NCBI GenBank assembly: GCA_963850905.1
Contig: CAWKMU010000003.1
Coordinates: 2,496,001 to 2,560,000 of the forward strand
DNA from: an uncultured Gemmatimonadales bacterium
GTDB taxonomy: Bacteria > Gemmatimonadota > Gemmatimonadetes > Gemmatimonadales > Gemmatimonadaceae
Direction: 5' to 3'
Length of the DNA: 64,000 nucleotides
Under the pieces are notes generated by a model. That model ran no database searches. It was not told the DNA's origin and saw only the letters and a program-made list of their open reading frames with translations. Positions 21,894 to 31,985 of the stretch are shown here, one piece after another (the stretch's first letter is position 1; each line of letters starts with the position of its first letter). The translations under genes and the position numbers were made by a program.

Positions 21894-22015
21894 TTGGACG
21901 TTAGACGTTAGGCGTTGGACGCTGGAGACAAACCTCGGGGGCCAGCTACGGTGCGTTTAGCTGGCCCCCGAGGTTTTCCTTCCAACGTCTAACGTCTAGC
22001 GTCCAACGTCCAGCG
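21894..22015. repeat. Palindromic element: (YTRGRCG)n array, 19-bp perfect hairpin, inverted array; probable bidirectional terminator
   Basis: TTGGACG TTAGACG TTAGGCG TTGGACG; stem AAACCTCGGGGGCCAGCTA (21930-21948) / TAGCTGGCCCCCGAGGTTT (21958-21976); TCCAACG TCTAACG TCTAGCG TCCAACG TCCAGCG. Confidence 0.9.
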
Positions 22016-22017
22016 CC

Positions 22018-22692
22018 TCAGGGTATCGCGCCGGCCGCCGAGTCCTTGTGGTGCGTCAGCTGCAACCGCGCGGCTACCGACAGGGAATCCTTTCGCCGGC
22101 TGGCCTCGCGTAAGGCCTTGGCCGCCAGCGCCGCCGGGCACTTCGGGTCCGCCCGCTCGTACCCCGCCTGCACCGCCGCGGCCCGCCGCACCGCGTCGAG
22201 GAACTGGTGCGCCGCTCCACACGGCACGTCCGCACGCACGTGATTCAGGTTCGCACCATCCACGAAAAACAACGAGCAGGGCGCCGTACTGTCCGACACC
22301 ACACGGTCCAGCGCCGCACCGTTGTGCGTGCTGTCCTGCAGCATCCCGCTCGATAACGTGACCGGCTCGTGGTGCGATGCCACGCTGTCCACATGCAGCG
22401 CGCTGTCCGGCGCACTCAGTACGCGGGATCCCGAGTCCGCCCAGCTCTCCGCCACCTCAGTCAACACCGCCGACAACTGCACGTGATCCGGTGGCTTGCC
22501 AGCCGAGATCTCGAGCCCGCGGTCAGAGGCGGCGCTCACCTCCACGTACACGCCGTTCAGCATCGCGCGGTAGACCTGTTGCTGCTGCACCTCCTGCGAC
22601 CGCGCGGAACTCCCGATCAGGGTGCACGCAACTATCGCGAGCCCGTACCGGCGAACGCTGCGACCGAGTCCCTCCGAGCGACAATGCACCAC
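22018..22692 (-). CDS. Hypothetical protein, probable signal peptide
   Basis: 224-aa ORF filling the gap in the same orientation as the hldE-like gene; RRYGLAIVACTLIGSSARS signal-like segment. Confidence 0.55.
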   Translation of the reverse strand: MVHCRSEGLGRSVRRYGLAIVACTLIGSSARSQEVQQQQVYRAMLNGVYVEVSAASDRGLEISAGKPPDHVQLSAVLTEVAESWADSGSRVLSAPDSALHVDSVASHHEPVTLSSGMLQDSTHNGAALDRVVSDSTAPCSLFFVDGANLNHVRADVPCGAAHQFLDAVRRAAAVQAGYERADPKCPAALAAKALREASRRKDSLSVAARLQLTHHKDSAAGAIP

Positions 22693-22725
22693 CCGTCAAA
22701 GATCGCTGCCTGGCACGGCCGCACG

Positions 22726-23721
22726 CTAGCGGGGCTCGGCTGCCTCACCGTGCGCCGCCAGCACCTCATCCGCAGAAACGGTTGCCGCACCCGCCTTTCC
22801 AACCTCCACGCCGGCCGCGTAGTTGGCCACAATGGCAGCTTCGAGCGGCGTCGCGCCCGCCGCCAACATGATCGCCAGGAACGCCGTCACCGTGTCCCCA
22901 GCCCCCACGACGTCGTACACCGCTCGGGCCGTCGTCGGGACCCGGTCCGTCCGCCCGCTCGGGTCCACCAGCGCCATCCCATGTTCGCCCAGCGTCAGCA
23001 GCAAGTGCTGCACGCCAAGCCGCTCCAACGCATCATGTAAGGCACGCGGCGAGTCCAGCTCCACGGCCGCGCCGAGTGCGGCCTCCAGCTCGCGCCGGTT
23101 CGGCTTGAATACGGTCGCTCCCCGGTACCGGAAAAAGTTGCGGTACTTGGGGTCCACCACCACCGGGATACCCCGCGCCGCCGCGCTCTGCATCGCCGCG
23201 TCGATCACCGGCGCGACCAGCACACCCTTGTTGTAGTCCTCGAGAATCACCGCGTCCGCGTCGGTCACCGCGCGCCGCACAGCCGCCAGCATCAGCTCGA
23301 CTTCCGCCCCCGTCATGTCGCCGTCGTCTTCCTCGTCGACGCGCACGACTTGCTGCGCCCTCGCCACAATCCGCGTCTTGGTCGTCGTCGGCCGCTCCAC
23401 AGCGATCAGCGAGCGGCCCTCCGCTCCCAACGCGCCGAGCAGCGACCGCACGGTCTGCGCGGCGGCGTCGCGACCGAGCCCCGCCACGAGCTCGCACTGC
23501 GCCCCGAAGGCGATGACGTTGTGTGCCACGTTGGCCGCCCCGCCCAGCGCGTGCGTGCGCTCTCGCACCCGCAGGACCGGCACGGGGGCCTCAGGCGAGA
23601 TGCGCTCGACGTCGCCGCGCACGTACACGTCGAGCATCGCGTCGCCTACGACGGCCACGCGCACGCCACGAGCGGTGCCGAGGAGCGCTTCCAAGCGCGC
23701 GCGCGAAAGAGACGGAGGCAT
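22726..23721 (-). CDS. rfaE1: D-glycero-beta-D-manno-heptose-7-phosphate kinase (RfaE/HldE kinase domain)
   Basis: VVGDAMLDVY.GDVERISPEAPVPV, GGAANVA, TTTKTRI, DYNKG, VDPK, KPNRRE, DVVGAGDTV. Confidence 0.9.
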   Translation of the reverse strand: MPPSLSRARLEALLGTARGVRVAVVGDAMLDVYVRGDVERISPEAPVPVLRVRERTHALGGAANVAHNVIAFGAQCELVAGLGRDAAAQTVRSLLGALGAEGRSLIAVERPTTTKTRIVARAQQVVRVDEEDDGDMTGAEVELMLAAVRRAVTDADAVILEDYNKGVLVAPVIDAAMQSAAARGIPVVVDPKYRNFFRYRGATVFKPNRRELEAALGAAVELDSPRALHDALERLGVQHLLLTLGEHGMALVDPSGRTDRVPTTARAVYDVVGAGDTVTAFLAIMLAAGATPLEAAIVANYAAGVEVGKAGAATVSADEVLAAHGEAAEPR

Positions 23722-23761
23722 GCCCCATGCTAAGGTACGAGGCCCCCTCAACCGGGTCAAT

Positions 23762-24583
23762 TTGACGTCTTCCTCCCTCGCTCGCCTCAACGCCGAAGCC
23801 AAGTTGGCAGTGTTCGCGATCCAGGAGCGCGCCCTGCTCACCTGGAACGCCGTGCGCTTCATCGGCGCCCGCCCCTTCTATGCCTCGGACGTCGTGCAGC
23901 AGATGGACGCGATCGGGGTCCAGTCGCTGTTCATTGTCGTACTGACAGGGTTCTTCACTGGGATGGTCCTGGCCCTCCAATCGTCGGTCAGCCTCGAGAC
24001 CTTCGGCGCGACGATCTACCTGGGCCACCTGGTCGCCGCGTCCATGATCCGGGAGCTGGGTCCGGTCCTCGCGGGGCTCATGGTCGCCGGCCGCGTCGGC
24101 TCCGGCATCGCCGCCGAAATCGGCTCGATGCGCGTCACCGAGCAGATCGATGCGCTCCACACACTCGGCACGGACCCGATCAAGAAGCTGGTGACGCCGC
24201 GTCTGCTCGCCGCCCTGGTGATGCTCCCCGTGCTCACGGTCATCAACGATCTGGTCGGCATCGTCGGAGGGAATGTCATCGCGTCCCTCTCCGTCGGCGT
24301 TCCCAGCTCGCTCTACTGGCGCACAGTGTGGGACCAGATCGCAGCCGACGGCTTCACCCTCCGCGTCATTCCGAACGACTTCATACAGGGACTGTCCAAG
24401 CCTTTTGTCTTCGGTGGCATCATCGCCATCACCGCCTGCTACTACGGCCTCACCACGACCGGCGGGACGGAAGGCGTTGGACAGAGCACGACGCGCACCG
24501 TCGTCGCCGCCAGCATCTCTATCCTCATCGTCGACTACTTCATGACGCAGATGCTGCTCGCGTTCTTCTCCGCAGGTCCATGA
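23762..24583 (+). CDS. mlaE: MlaE-family ABC permease (start approximate)
   Basis: GMVLALQ, RELGPVLAGLMVAGRVGSGIAAEIGSMRVTEQIDAL, GTEGVGQSTTRTVV. Confidence 0.9.
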   Translation: MTSSSLARLNAEAKLAVFAIQERALLTWNAVRFIGARPFYASDVVQQMDAIGVQSLFIVVLTGFFTGMVLALQSSVSLETFGATIYLGHLVAASMIRELGPVLAGLMVAGRVGSGIAAEIGSMRVTEQIDALHTLGTDPIKKLVTPRLLAALVMLPVLTVINDLVGIVGGNVIASLSVGVPSSLYWRTVWDQIAADGFTLRVIPNDFIQGLSKPFVFGGIIAITACYYGLTTTGGTEGVGQSTTRTVVAASISILIVDYFMTQMLLAFFSAGP

Positions 24584-25473
24584 CCGGTAGCCGCGGCATG
24601 TGGGGCGATGACCCGCGGGCTCGACGCGCACGCGCCGCCATGCGTCGCGAACTGCGACAGGACGAGGCCACGGCTGCCGCTGAAACCGCCCTGGCCACCG
24701 CGCACCCCAGCGCCGCGCGTCGCACCCCGCCATCGAGCGATATACCGGTCATCGCGCTCGAAGGGGTCTCCCTCGCCTTTGATCAGCCGGTCCTCGAGGA
24801 CGTATCCCTCGAGCTGTATCGGGGCGAAACGGTCGTCATCGTCGGCGAATCCGGAACCGGAAAGTCGACGATACTCAAGCTCGTGCTCCGTCTCCTCATC
24901 CCGGACAATGGGCGGGTCCTGATCAACGGTCGCGACGTCGTCGGACTGAGCTTCGACGCCGCGCTGATGGAGCGACAGCGCATCGGGATGGTGTTCCAGG
25001 GCGCAGCATTGTTCGACTCGATGTCGGTGTATGAGAACGTCGCCTACCCGCTGCGCGAGCACACCACACTGACGGAGGAGGAGATCGAGCGGACGGTGCG
25101 TCAGAAGCTGGCGTTCGTCGACCTGGACCCGGATGCGGTCATGAGCCGACTGCCGGCCGAGCTGTCGGGTGGTATGAAGAAACGAGTCGGCATCGCCCGC
25201 GGGCTGGCCAAGGACCCGGAGGTCATGCTCTACGACGAGCCGACCTCGGGCCTCGATCCGCTCACGACCGGCACCATCACCCGATTGATCATGAAGCTCC
25301 AGCGCGAGCTGCACGTGACCAGTCTCGTCGTCTCCCACGACATCCGATCAGCCAATCGCATGGCCAGTGCGATCGCGATCCTGGCCGATCACCGGATCGT
25401 GTTCTTCGGGACACCAGAGGAAATGGCAGCGAGCGACGACCGGTACATCCGCGACTTCCTGGGTGGGCTCTGA
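24580..25473 (+). CDS. mlaF: MlaF-family ABC ATP-binding protein
   Basis: GESGTGKS Walker A, FQGAALFDSMSVYENV, LSGGMKKRVGIAR, YDEPTSGLDP. Confidence 0.9.
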   Translation: MTGSRGMWGDDPRARRARAAMRRELRQDEATAAAETALATAHPSAARRTPPSSDIPVIALEGVSLAFDQPVLEDVSLELYRGETVVIVGESGTGKSTILKLVLRLLIPDNGRVLINGRDVVGLSFDAALMERQRIGMVFQGAALFDSMSVYENVAYPLREHTTLTEEEIERTVRQKLAFVDLDPDAVMSRLPAELSGGMKKRVGIARGLAKDPEVMLYDEPTSGLDPLTTGTITRLIMKLQRELHVTSLVVSHDIRSANRMASAIAILADHRIVFFGTPEEMAASDDRYIRDFLGGL

Positions 25474-25527
25474 GATGCCCGCGCCACTGGGTGACGCAGT
25501 TACGAGGCCCGAACCCCCGCTGAGCCA

Positions 25528-26505
25528 ATGAAGCGATCCGTCGGCATTACCTGGGACGAGCTCCGGGTCGGCCTGCTGGTGCTCGTGGCGGCCGGCACCC
25601 TCTTCACGGCGATCTACAAGTTGGGCGAAACCTCCAACCTGTTCACCAAGCGCTACACGCTCTACGTCTTCCTGCCCAACGCGCGCGGCATCAGTCGCGG
25701 CGGATCGGTGACGATCGACGGCGTCGTCGCGGGCACGATCAACGACGTCCGATTCCTCCCGGTCAGCAACGACACCACCCGCAATCTGCGCCTGTCCCTG
25801 TCCATCGACCGGCGGCTCCAGCCGCAGGTCCGCGCCGACAGCCGCGCCTCCCTCCGCTCCCTCGGCTTGCTCGGCGACAAGATCCTCGACATCAACTCAG
25901 GAACCCCTCGCTACAACATGCTGCAACCGGGAGACACGATCCCCGTCGTCCCCTCGGTCGACGTCGACGAAGTGATCGCGCAAGCCTCGAGTGTCGTGCA
26001 AGACCTCGTGCAGCTGACCGGCGACATCAAGTCGATCACCGGCGGCATTGTGCGCGGCGACGGGACGATGGGTCAGCTGGTGACCAATCGCTCGCTGTAC
26101 GACCAGCTGACGGGCACCCTCACCCGCGTGAACAACCTCCTGGGTCGCTTCGAGAATCCGCACGGAACGGTCGGGCGGCTGATTGACGATCCGCAGCTGT
26201 ATACGAGCCTGGTCGCCGCTGTCGCTGGCGTCGACTCGGTCATTCGGCAGCTCAATCGGCGGCAGGGCACTGTGGGCCACTTGCTCTACGACGACACGCT
26301 GTACGCGCACCTGCTCGCCACGACGGACGGCGCAGACTCCCTTCTGCGCAGGCTGAACAGCGGCCAGGGCTCGGTCGGGAAGATGCTCCGCGATCAGGAG
26401 CTCTACGACCAGCTCACGCACGCGATCGCCTCGCTCAATGCCGTGCTCCTCGACATGAAGCAGAACCCGGGTCGGTACACCCATGGGATGGTCCGGGTGT
26501 TTTGA
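25528..26505 (+). CDS. mlaD: MlaD/MCE-family protein
   Basis: N-terminal TM helix, MCE domain (GLLGDKILDI), repeated GT(M/V)G.L..D..LY helical repeats. Confidence 0.88.
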   Translation: MKRSVGITWDELRVGLLVLVAAGTLFTAIYKLGETSNLFTKRYTLYVFLPNARGISRGGSVTIDGVVAGTINDVRFLPVSNDTTRNLRLSLSIDRRLQPQVRADSRASLRSLGLLGDKILDINSGTPRYNMLQPGDTIPVVPSVDVDEVIAQASSVVQDLVQLTGDIKSITGGIVRGDGTMGQLVTNRSLYDQLTGTLTRVNNLLGRFENPHGTVGRLIDDPQLYTSLVAAVAGVDSVIRQLNRRQGTVGHLLYDDTLYAHLLATTDGADSLLRRLNSGQGSVGKMLRDQELYDQLTHAIASLNAVLLDMKQNPGRYTHGMVRVF

Positions 26506-26509
26506 GAGG

Positions 26510-26615
26510 CTGGACGCCAGACGCTGGACGCTAGAACAACCGCGAGGCCAGCTAAATGGTCCGTGCCTAGGCTCGTGGTTTCTTCTCAGCGTCCAGCGTC
26601 TAGCGTCAAGCGTCT
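26510..26615. repeat. Degenerate second copy of the (YTRGACG)n palindromic element
   Basis: CTGGACG CCAGACG CTGGACG CTAGAAC; core AACCGCGAGGCCAGCTA...CTCGTGGTT resembling 21931-21975; TCCAGCG TCTAGCG TCAAGCG. Confidence 0.8.
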
Positions 26616-26663
26616 GCCCTCCTCAATGACGTCTCGCTGCCGCGTCCCAGCTAGACTTCACCC

Positions 26664-27683
26664 ATGTTCATCGACCGCGTGGTGGTCCACGTTGAGGCGG
26701 GCACCGGCGGGTCCGGCGCGGCGTCGTTCCGCCGGGAATGGCGGGTGCCGATGGGTGGGCCGGACGGCGGCGATGGTGGCCGCGGTGGCGACGTGTTTGT
26801 CCAGGCCGACGCCAATCTGAGCACCCTGCTCGATTACACCTATCGAGATAGCTGGTCGGCCGAGCGCGGCGAGCACGGAATGGGCAGCAACAAAACCGGC
26901 CGCTCGGGCATCGACATCGTCATGCCGGTACCGCCGGGGACGGTCGTGATCGACAACGCATCCGGCGAAAGGGTCGGCGAGGTCCTCGACGATCGCGAAC
27001 GGCTCCTCGTCGCTCGGGGCGGTCGTGGCGGGCGGGGCAACGCGTTTTTCGCCACGTCGACGCATCAGTCCCCGCGCGAGTGGCAGCCAGGCGAGTCCGG
27101 CGAGCAGCGCACGCTGACGCTCGAGCTCAAGCTCATCGCCGACGTCGGTCTGGTCGGCCCACCCAACGCCGGGAAATCGACGCTGCTATCGGTGATCTCC
27201 GCCGCGCGCCCCAAGATCGCCGACTATCCGTTCACGACCCTATCCCCCAACCTGGGCGTCGTGGCGTTGAGCGACCACCGCACCTTCGTGGTCGCCGACA
27301 TCCCGGGGATCATCGAGGGCGCTCACGAGGGACGCGGGCTCGGCCTCCACTTCCTGCGTCACATCGAGCGCACACGGCTGCTCGCGCTCCTGATTCCAAT
27401 CGATGCGCTCGACCTGCAGGCCGAGTACGACGCGCTGCGCCACGAGCTCGCCGCGTATTCGCCGGCCCTGCTCGCCAAACCGCATTGCGTGGTGCTCACG
27501 AAAATGGATCTCTGGGGCGATGACCCGCCGCCCCCCGTTGACGCGCCCGATGCATTCGCGACGTTCGCGATCAGCGCGCCAGCGCGTCAGGGACTCGACA
27601 CGCTCCTCCGCGGCTGGTGGGACGAGTTGATGAGCATCCGTCAGCGCGAGCGCGGCCCGACCGAGCGCGTGTCGATGCCGTGA
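26664..27683 (+). CDS. obgE: GTPase ObgE/CgtA
   Basis: MFIDRV, GGPDGGDGGRGG, LELKLIADVGLVGPPNAGKSTLL, ADYPFTTL, DIPGIIEGAHEGRGLG. Confidence 0.97.
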   Translation: MFIDRVVVHVEAGTGGSGAASFRREWRVPMGGPDGGDGGRGGDVFVQADANLSTLLDYTYRDSWSAERGEHGMGSNKTGRSGIDIVMPVPPGTVVIDNASGERVGEVLDDRERLLVARGGRGGRGNAFFATSTHQSPREWQPGESGEQRTLTLELKLIADVGLVGPPNAGKSTLLSVISAARPKIADYPFTTLSPNLGVVALSDHRTFVVADIPGIIEGAHEGRGLGLHFLRHIERTRLLALLIPIDALDLQAEYDALRHELAAYSPALLAKPHCVVLTKMDLWGDDPPPPVDAPDAFATFAISAPARQGLDTLLRGWWDELMSIRQRERGPTERVSMP

Positions 27684-27686
27684 GCG

Positions 27687-28547
27687 ATGTCTAGCGACCT
27701 CCACACCTGGGCCCGCGGGACCCCGCCATATCCGAGCGCTCTTCTCGACCTCCGCAACGCGCCCGACCCGCTCTACGCCGTTGGCGACGCTCGGGTGCTC
27801 GATCGGCAGGTGATCGCCATCATCGGCGCGCGTCACGCCACACCGACGAGTCTTGCCTTTGCCAGACGCACCGCCCGAATGCTCGCACGCGCGGGCGCCT
27901 GCGTCGTGAGCGGACTGGCCATGGGCGTCGACGCAGCGGCCCACACGGGCGCCCTCGAGGGAGGTAACGGACGGACCTGCGCCGTACTGGGAGGCGGCAT
28001 CGATGCGGGCGTACCAGCCTGCAACCGTGGACTTCGCGAACGTATTGCCACCGATGGACTCCTCCTCTCGGAGTGGACGCTTGGGGTTCGCCCCGACCGC
28101 TGGATGTTTCCGCATCGCAATCGCCTGATCGCCGCACTCGCGCGGGCCACCGTCGTGGTCGAGGCAAGCGCCACGAGCGGGGCCTTGCACACCGTGCACG
28201 CCGCGATCGATCTCGATCGAACGATCGGCGTCGTACCAGGTCCGGTCGATACCGCGGCGTTTCGCGGATCCAACGCGCTGCTCCATCACCCGGGGGCGTG
28301 CGTCATCGTGGAAGCTGAGGACGCGCTCGCGCTGCTGAGCCCACGGGTCGAGGTGACTGCGCCGCCACCCGATTTTTCCGACGACGAGGCGTCCGTGTGG
28401 GACGTGTTGGCGAATGGCGCCGCGGACGTTGACACGATCTCGATCCGTGCGCACTTGCCGACCACTCGCTGCCTCGCGGCGATCACCGCACTCGAGCTTG
28501 CGGGAGCTGTGGAGTGCGACGCGACCGGCGAGATCCGCCGTCGGTGA
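27687..28547 (+). CDS. dprA: DNA-processing protein DprA (Smf)
   Basis: VVSGLAMGVDAAAHTGAL, AVLGGGID, FPHRNRLIAAL, VVEASATSGAL. Confidence 0.92.
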   Translation: MSSDLHTWARGTPPYPSALLDLRNAPDPLYAVGDARVLDRQVIAIIGARHATPTSLAFARRTARMLARAGACVVSGLAMGVDAAAHTGALEGGNGRTCAVLGGGIDAGVPACNRGLRERIATDGLLLSEWTLGVRPDRWMFPHRNRLIAALARATVVVEASATSGALHTVHAAIDLDRTIGVVPGPVDTAAFRGSNALLHHPGACVIVEAEDALALLSPRVEVTAPPPDFSDDEASVWDVLANGAADVDTISIRAHLPTTRCLAAITALELAGAVECDATGEIRRR

Positions 28548-29696
28548 TGCGCGAGCAGCAGTACGCGGCGTTGTCACAGCGACCGCGACACGTGTACGTC
28601 CACGTGCCGTTCTGCGCTCGCCGCTGCTCCTACTGCGACTTCGCCATCGCGGTGCGGCGTCACGTGCCGGTCGACACGTATGTCGAGACGGTCGCCCGCG
28701 AAGTGGCGCTGCGATTTCCCGACGACGAACAACCGTGGCCGGTTCGAAGCGTGTACCTGGGTGGCGGGACACCATCCGCCCTCGGCGCCCGCGGTGTGCG
28801 GCAATTACTCGACGTCCTGCGCGCCCGCTTCACACTGGACCCCGGCGCTGAAATCACGCTCGAGGCAAACCCGGAGGATGTGACGGAGGCGGCAAGCGCC
28901 GCCTGGGTCTCCGCCGGCATCAATCGCGTGTCGATCGGCGCCCAGTCATTCGACCCCACCGCGCTCGCGTGGATGCATCGGAGCCACACGCCCGCCCGGG
29001 TTACCGAGGCCGTCCGTGCGGTCCGCAGTGCCGGCATCGCGAACGTTTCCCTGGATCTGATCTTCGCGCTCCCCTCTAGCCTGGGTCGCTCCTGGGCAGC
29101 CGATCTGGAGACGCTGGCGTCGCTCTCACCTGAGCACGTGTCCGTCTATGGGCTTACTGTCGAGTCCGGCACGCCGGTGGCTCGCTGGATCGCCCGGGGG
29201 ACGGTCGCAGAGGCGCCGGAGGAGTCGTATGAGACCGAATACCTCGCCGCCCACGACCTGCTCACAACTGCGGGGTATGAACACTATGAAGTTTCGAATT
29301 TTGCACGCCCGGGGTATCGCGCTTGCCATAATGGGGCTTACTGGGCAGGCGTCCCCTACGCTGGGCTCGGGCCGGCGGCGCATGGGTTCGACGGCACGAC
29401 TAGGCGGTGGAACCTGCCGGGATACACACAGTGGCAGGGCGCGGTCGCGAAGGGCTCTGATCCCGTGGCTGGGGCGGAGCGGCTGACACCCGAAAATCGT
29501 GTGTCCGAGCGGGCATACCTCGAGTTGCGAACGGTGGAAGGAACGGTCTTGACTGACAGGGAACGAGCGTTGACGCAGCAGTGGATCCAGGCTGGCTGGG
29601 CCCGGTCGACACCGGTTGGGCTCGTGCTCACGGCATCTCGGCTGGCTCCGTTTGGACAGCTTGGCGGTCGCATTGGCGAACGTCCGAACTCAATAG
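28547..29696 (+). CDS. hemW: Radical SAM heme chaperone HemW (frameshift near 29640)
   Basis: YVHVPFCARRCSYCDF, GGGTPS, EANPE, HYEVSNF; C-terminal GWLRLDSL in another frame ends at TAG 29694-29696. Confidence 0.92.
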
Positions 29697-29709
29697 TATT
29701 TTTGAACTT

Positions 29710-30756
29710 ATGTCGTTTCGTGACCTGAACGAGCGCGAATGGCGGATTCTCGAGGCCGTCGTCCAGAGCTACGTGGAAACCGCGGAGCCCGCGGGGTCCC
29801 GTACCCTGGCGAAGCGGTTCGGGCTCGGCTTGTCACCGGCGACGATTCGCAACACGCTGAGCGACCTGGAGGAGAAGGGATACCTCTACCACCCGCATAC
29901 GTCGGCCGGCCGGGTCCCAACCGATCGCGCCTACCGCATGTACGTGGACTCGCTCGCCCAGCTGGCTCCGCTCGCTGCCCAGGAGCGGGACCGCCTGATC
30001 GAGCGGATTCTCGCCGGCGGGTCCGCGATCGAGACCGTGCTCCGCTGCGCGGCGCAAAGCCTCGGGATCCTCACTCAGGAGTTGGGGGTCGCGCTCGGAC
30101 CCCGTCTCGAAGAGACGGTGCTGCGGCACCTCGAGCTCGTCCGGTTGTCGGCCGAGCGGTTGCTGCTGGTCATGACGCTCGAAGGCGGGGCGATGCGCAC
30201 CATCTTCGTGGAGGCGCCGGGCTCGTTGGCCGACGAGACGATTGCCGAGGTCACGGTCGTGCTCAACGAGCGCCTGTCGGGCCTCACGGTACGTGAGATT
30301 CGGGCCTCGCTCGCCGACCGCCTCCGGGACAGCGTTCCAGCGGTGGGCCCAACGCGAGAGCTCCTGAACATCTTCGTCCAGGAGGGGGACAGCGTCTTCG
30401 ATGTGCCAATCGCGAACGAGAGTGGCAACGTCGTGCTGGGCCAGGCGTCGGTGCTCGCCGAACAGCCGGAGTTCGCGACCGGGGACAGCTTACGGCGCCT
30501 GATCGAGCTCACGGAGACGCGGGACCAGCTGGCGGAGTTGCTTCGCCAACGGAGCGCAAAGCCCGGCATCTCGATCACCATTGGAAACGAGCACGCCGAT
30601 CCCCGTTTCGGAAATCTCACGATTGTCACCGCTGAGTATCGCGCCGGACCGTTTGGAGGGGTCATCGGTGTCATTGGGCCGACCCGGATGCCCTATGAGA
30701 AGGTGATCTCGCTCGTCAGCCATACGTCGCGGCTGGTCACTGACCTACTCGGTTGA
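29710..30756 (+). CDS. hrcA: Heat-inducible transcription repressor HrcA
   Basis: ILEAVVQSYVETAEPAGSR, SPATIRN, HPHTSAGRVPTDRAYR, GVIGPTRMPY. Confidence 0.96.
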   Translation: MSFRDLNEREWRILEAVVQSYVETAEPAGSRTLAKRFGLGLSPATIRNTLSDLEEKGYLYHPHTSAGRVPTDRAYRMYVDSLAQLAPLAAQERDRLIERILAGGSAIETVLRCAAQSLGILTQELGVALGPRLEETVLRHLELVRLSAERLLLVMTLEGGAMRTIFVEAPGSLADETIAEVTVVLNERLSGLTVREIRASLADRLRDSVPAVGPTRELLNIFVQEGDSVFDVPIANESGNVVLGQASVLAEQPEFATGDSLRRLIELTETRDQLAELLRQRSAKPGISITIGNEHADPRFGNLTIVTAEYRAGPFGGVIGVIGPTRMPYEKVISLVSHTSRLVTDLLG

Positions 30757-30861
30757 CCGCTGCGGACGGCACGGGGATGGGCTCTCGGGCCGCCCAGTGC
30801 TGCTATCTTGTACGTACCCGTAAACCCCCACCCGCGATGTTGATTGCCTGACCCACGAGCC

Positions 30862-31981
30862 ATGGCAGACTATTACGCCGTCCTCGGCGTTCCGCGCGAT
30901 GCGAGCGCCGAAGACGTCAAGAAGGCGTACCGAAAGCTCGCCATGCAGTACCACCCCGACCGCAACAACGGGTCGAAGGACGCCGAGGAGCAATTCAAGG
31001 CGATCACGGAGGCGTACGACGTGCTCCGCGATGCCGACAAGCGCCAGGTGTACGATCGCTTTGGCGAGGCCGGATTGCGCGGTGGTGGTGCGCCGCACGT
31101 CGATCTCGCGGATGCGCTCAACATCTTCATGCGCGATTTCGGTGGGTTCCCCGGGCTGGGTGATCTGTTCGGGACGCGCGGGCAGCCGACCCGCTCCGGC
31201 GGCGACATTAAGCTGGTGGCCGAGCTGACCCTCGCAGAGGTCGCGCAGGGCGTGGAGAAGTCATTCACGGTCAAGTTGCTCGACTCGTGCGATGCCTGCA
31301 CCGGCACCGGCGCGGACCCGGGAACGAAGCCCCAGCGCTGCCCCACGTGCGCAGGCTCAGGCGAGGTGCGTCGCGCGCAGCGGTCGTTCTTCGGCCAGTT
31401 CGTGAGCGTCGCACCATGCCCGACATGCGGCGGCGAGGGAAGCGTGATCTCGACGCCATGCAAGAAATGCCGTGGCGACGGGCGCGTTCGCGCGGAGCAC
31501 ACGATCGTCGTTCGCATTCCGGCTGGCGTCGCGACTGGCCAGTACATGACCCTGCGCGGACAAGGCAATGCCGGACCCCGCAGTGGACCGAAAGGCGATG
31601 TCATTGTCGTTTTCCAGGTAGCCGACGACCCGCGCTTCGAGCGAGACGCGGAAGATCTGTACACGGAAGCGCTCGTGTCCTACACGCAGCTCGTCTTCGG
31701 AGCCGAGTTGCAGGTGCCGACGGTCACCGGAACCACGACGGTGACGGGTCCCCGCCGGGACGCAGAGCGGCCATGTGTTCGACGTCCGTGGCCGCGGGCT
31801 CCCGCGCGTGAACGCTTCAGGCACGGGCGACCTCCACGTGCGCGTGCAGCTCTGGACTCCCGATGAGCTCATGCCGACTGAGGACGCGCTACTCCAGCAA
31901 CTCTCGCAAGTCGAGTCCAAGCCCCCGCAGACACGAGCCAAGGGGTTCTGGAAAAAGATGAAGGAGGCGCTCGGCGCCTAG
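30862..31981 (+). CDS. dnaJ: Chaperone DnaJ (frameshift near 31745)
   Basis: [11 protein letters not shown] motif, four CxxCxGxG repeats, GDLHVRV. Confidence 0.96.
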
Positions 31982-31985
31982 GAGG

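Noticed and set aside
30778..30803. Possible CIRCE operator upstream of dnaJ
   Set aside because: Only 6/9 matches per half-site and the spacing is 8 rather than 9
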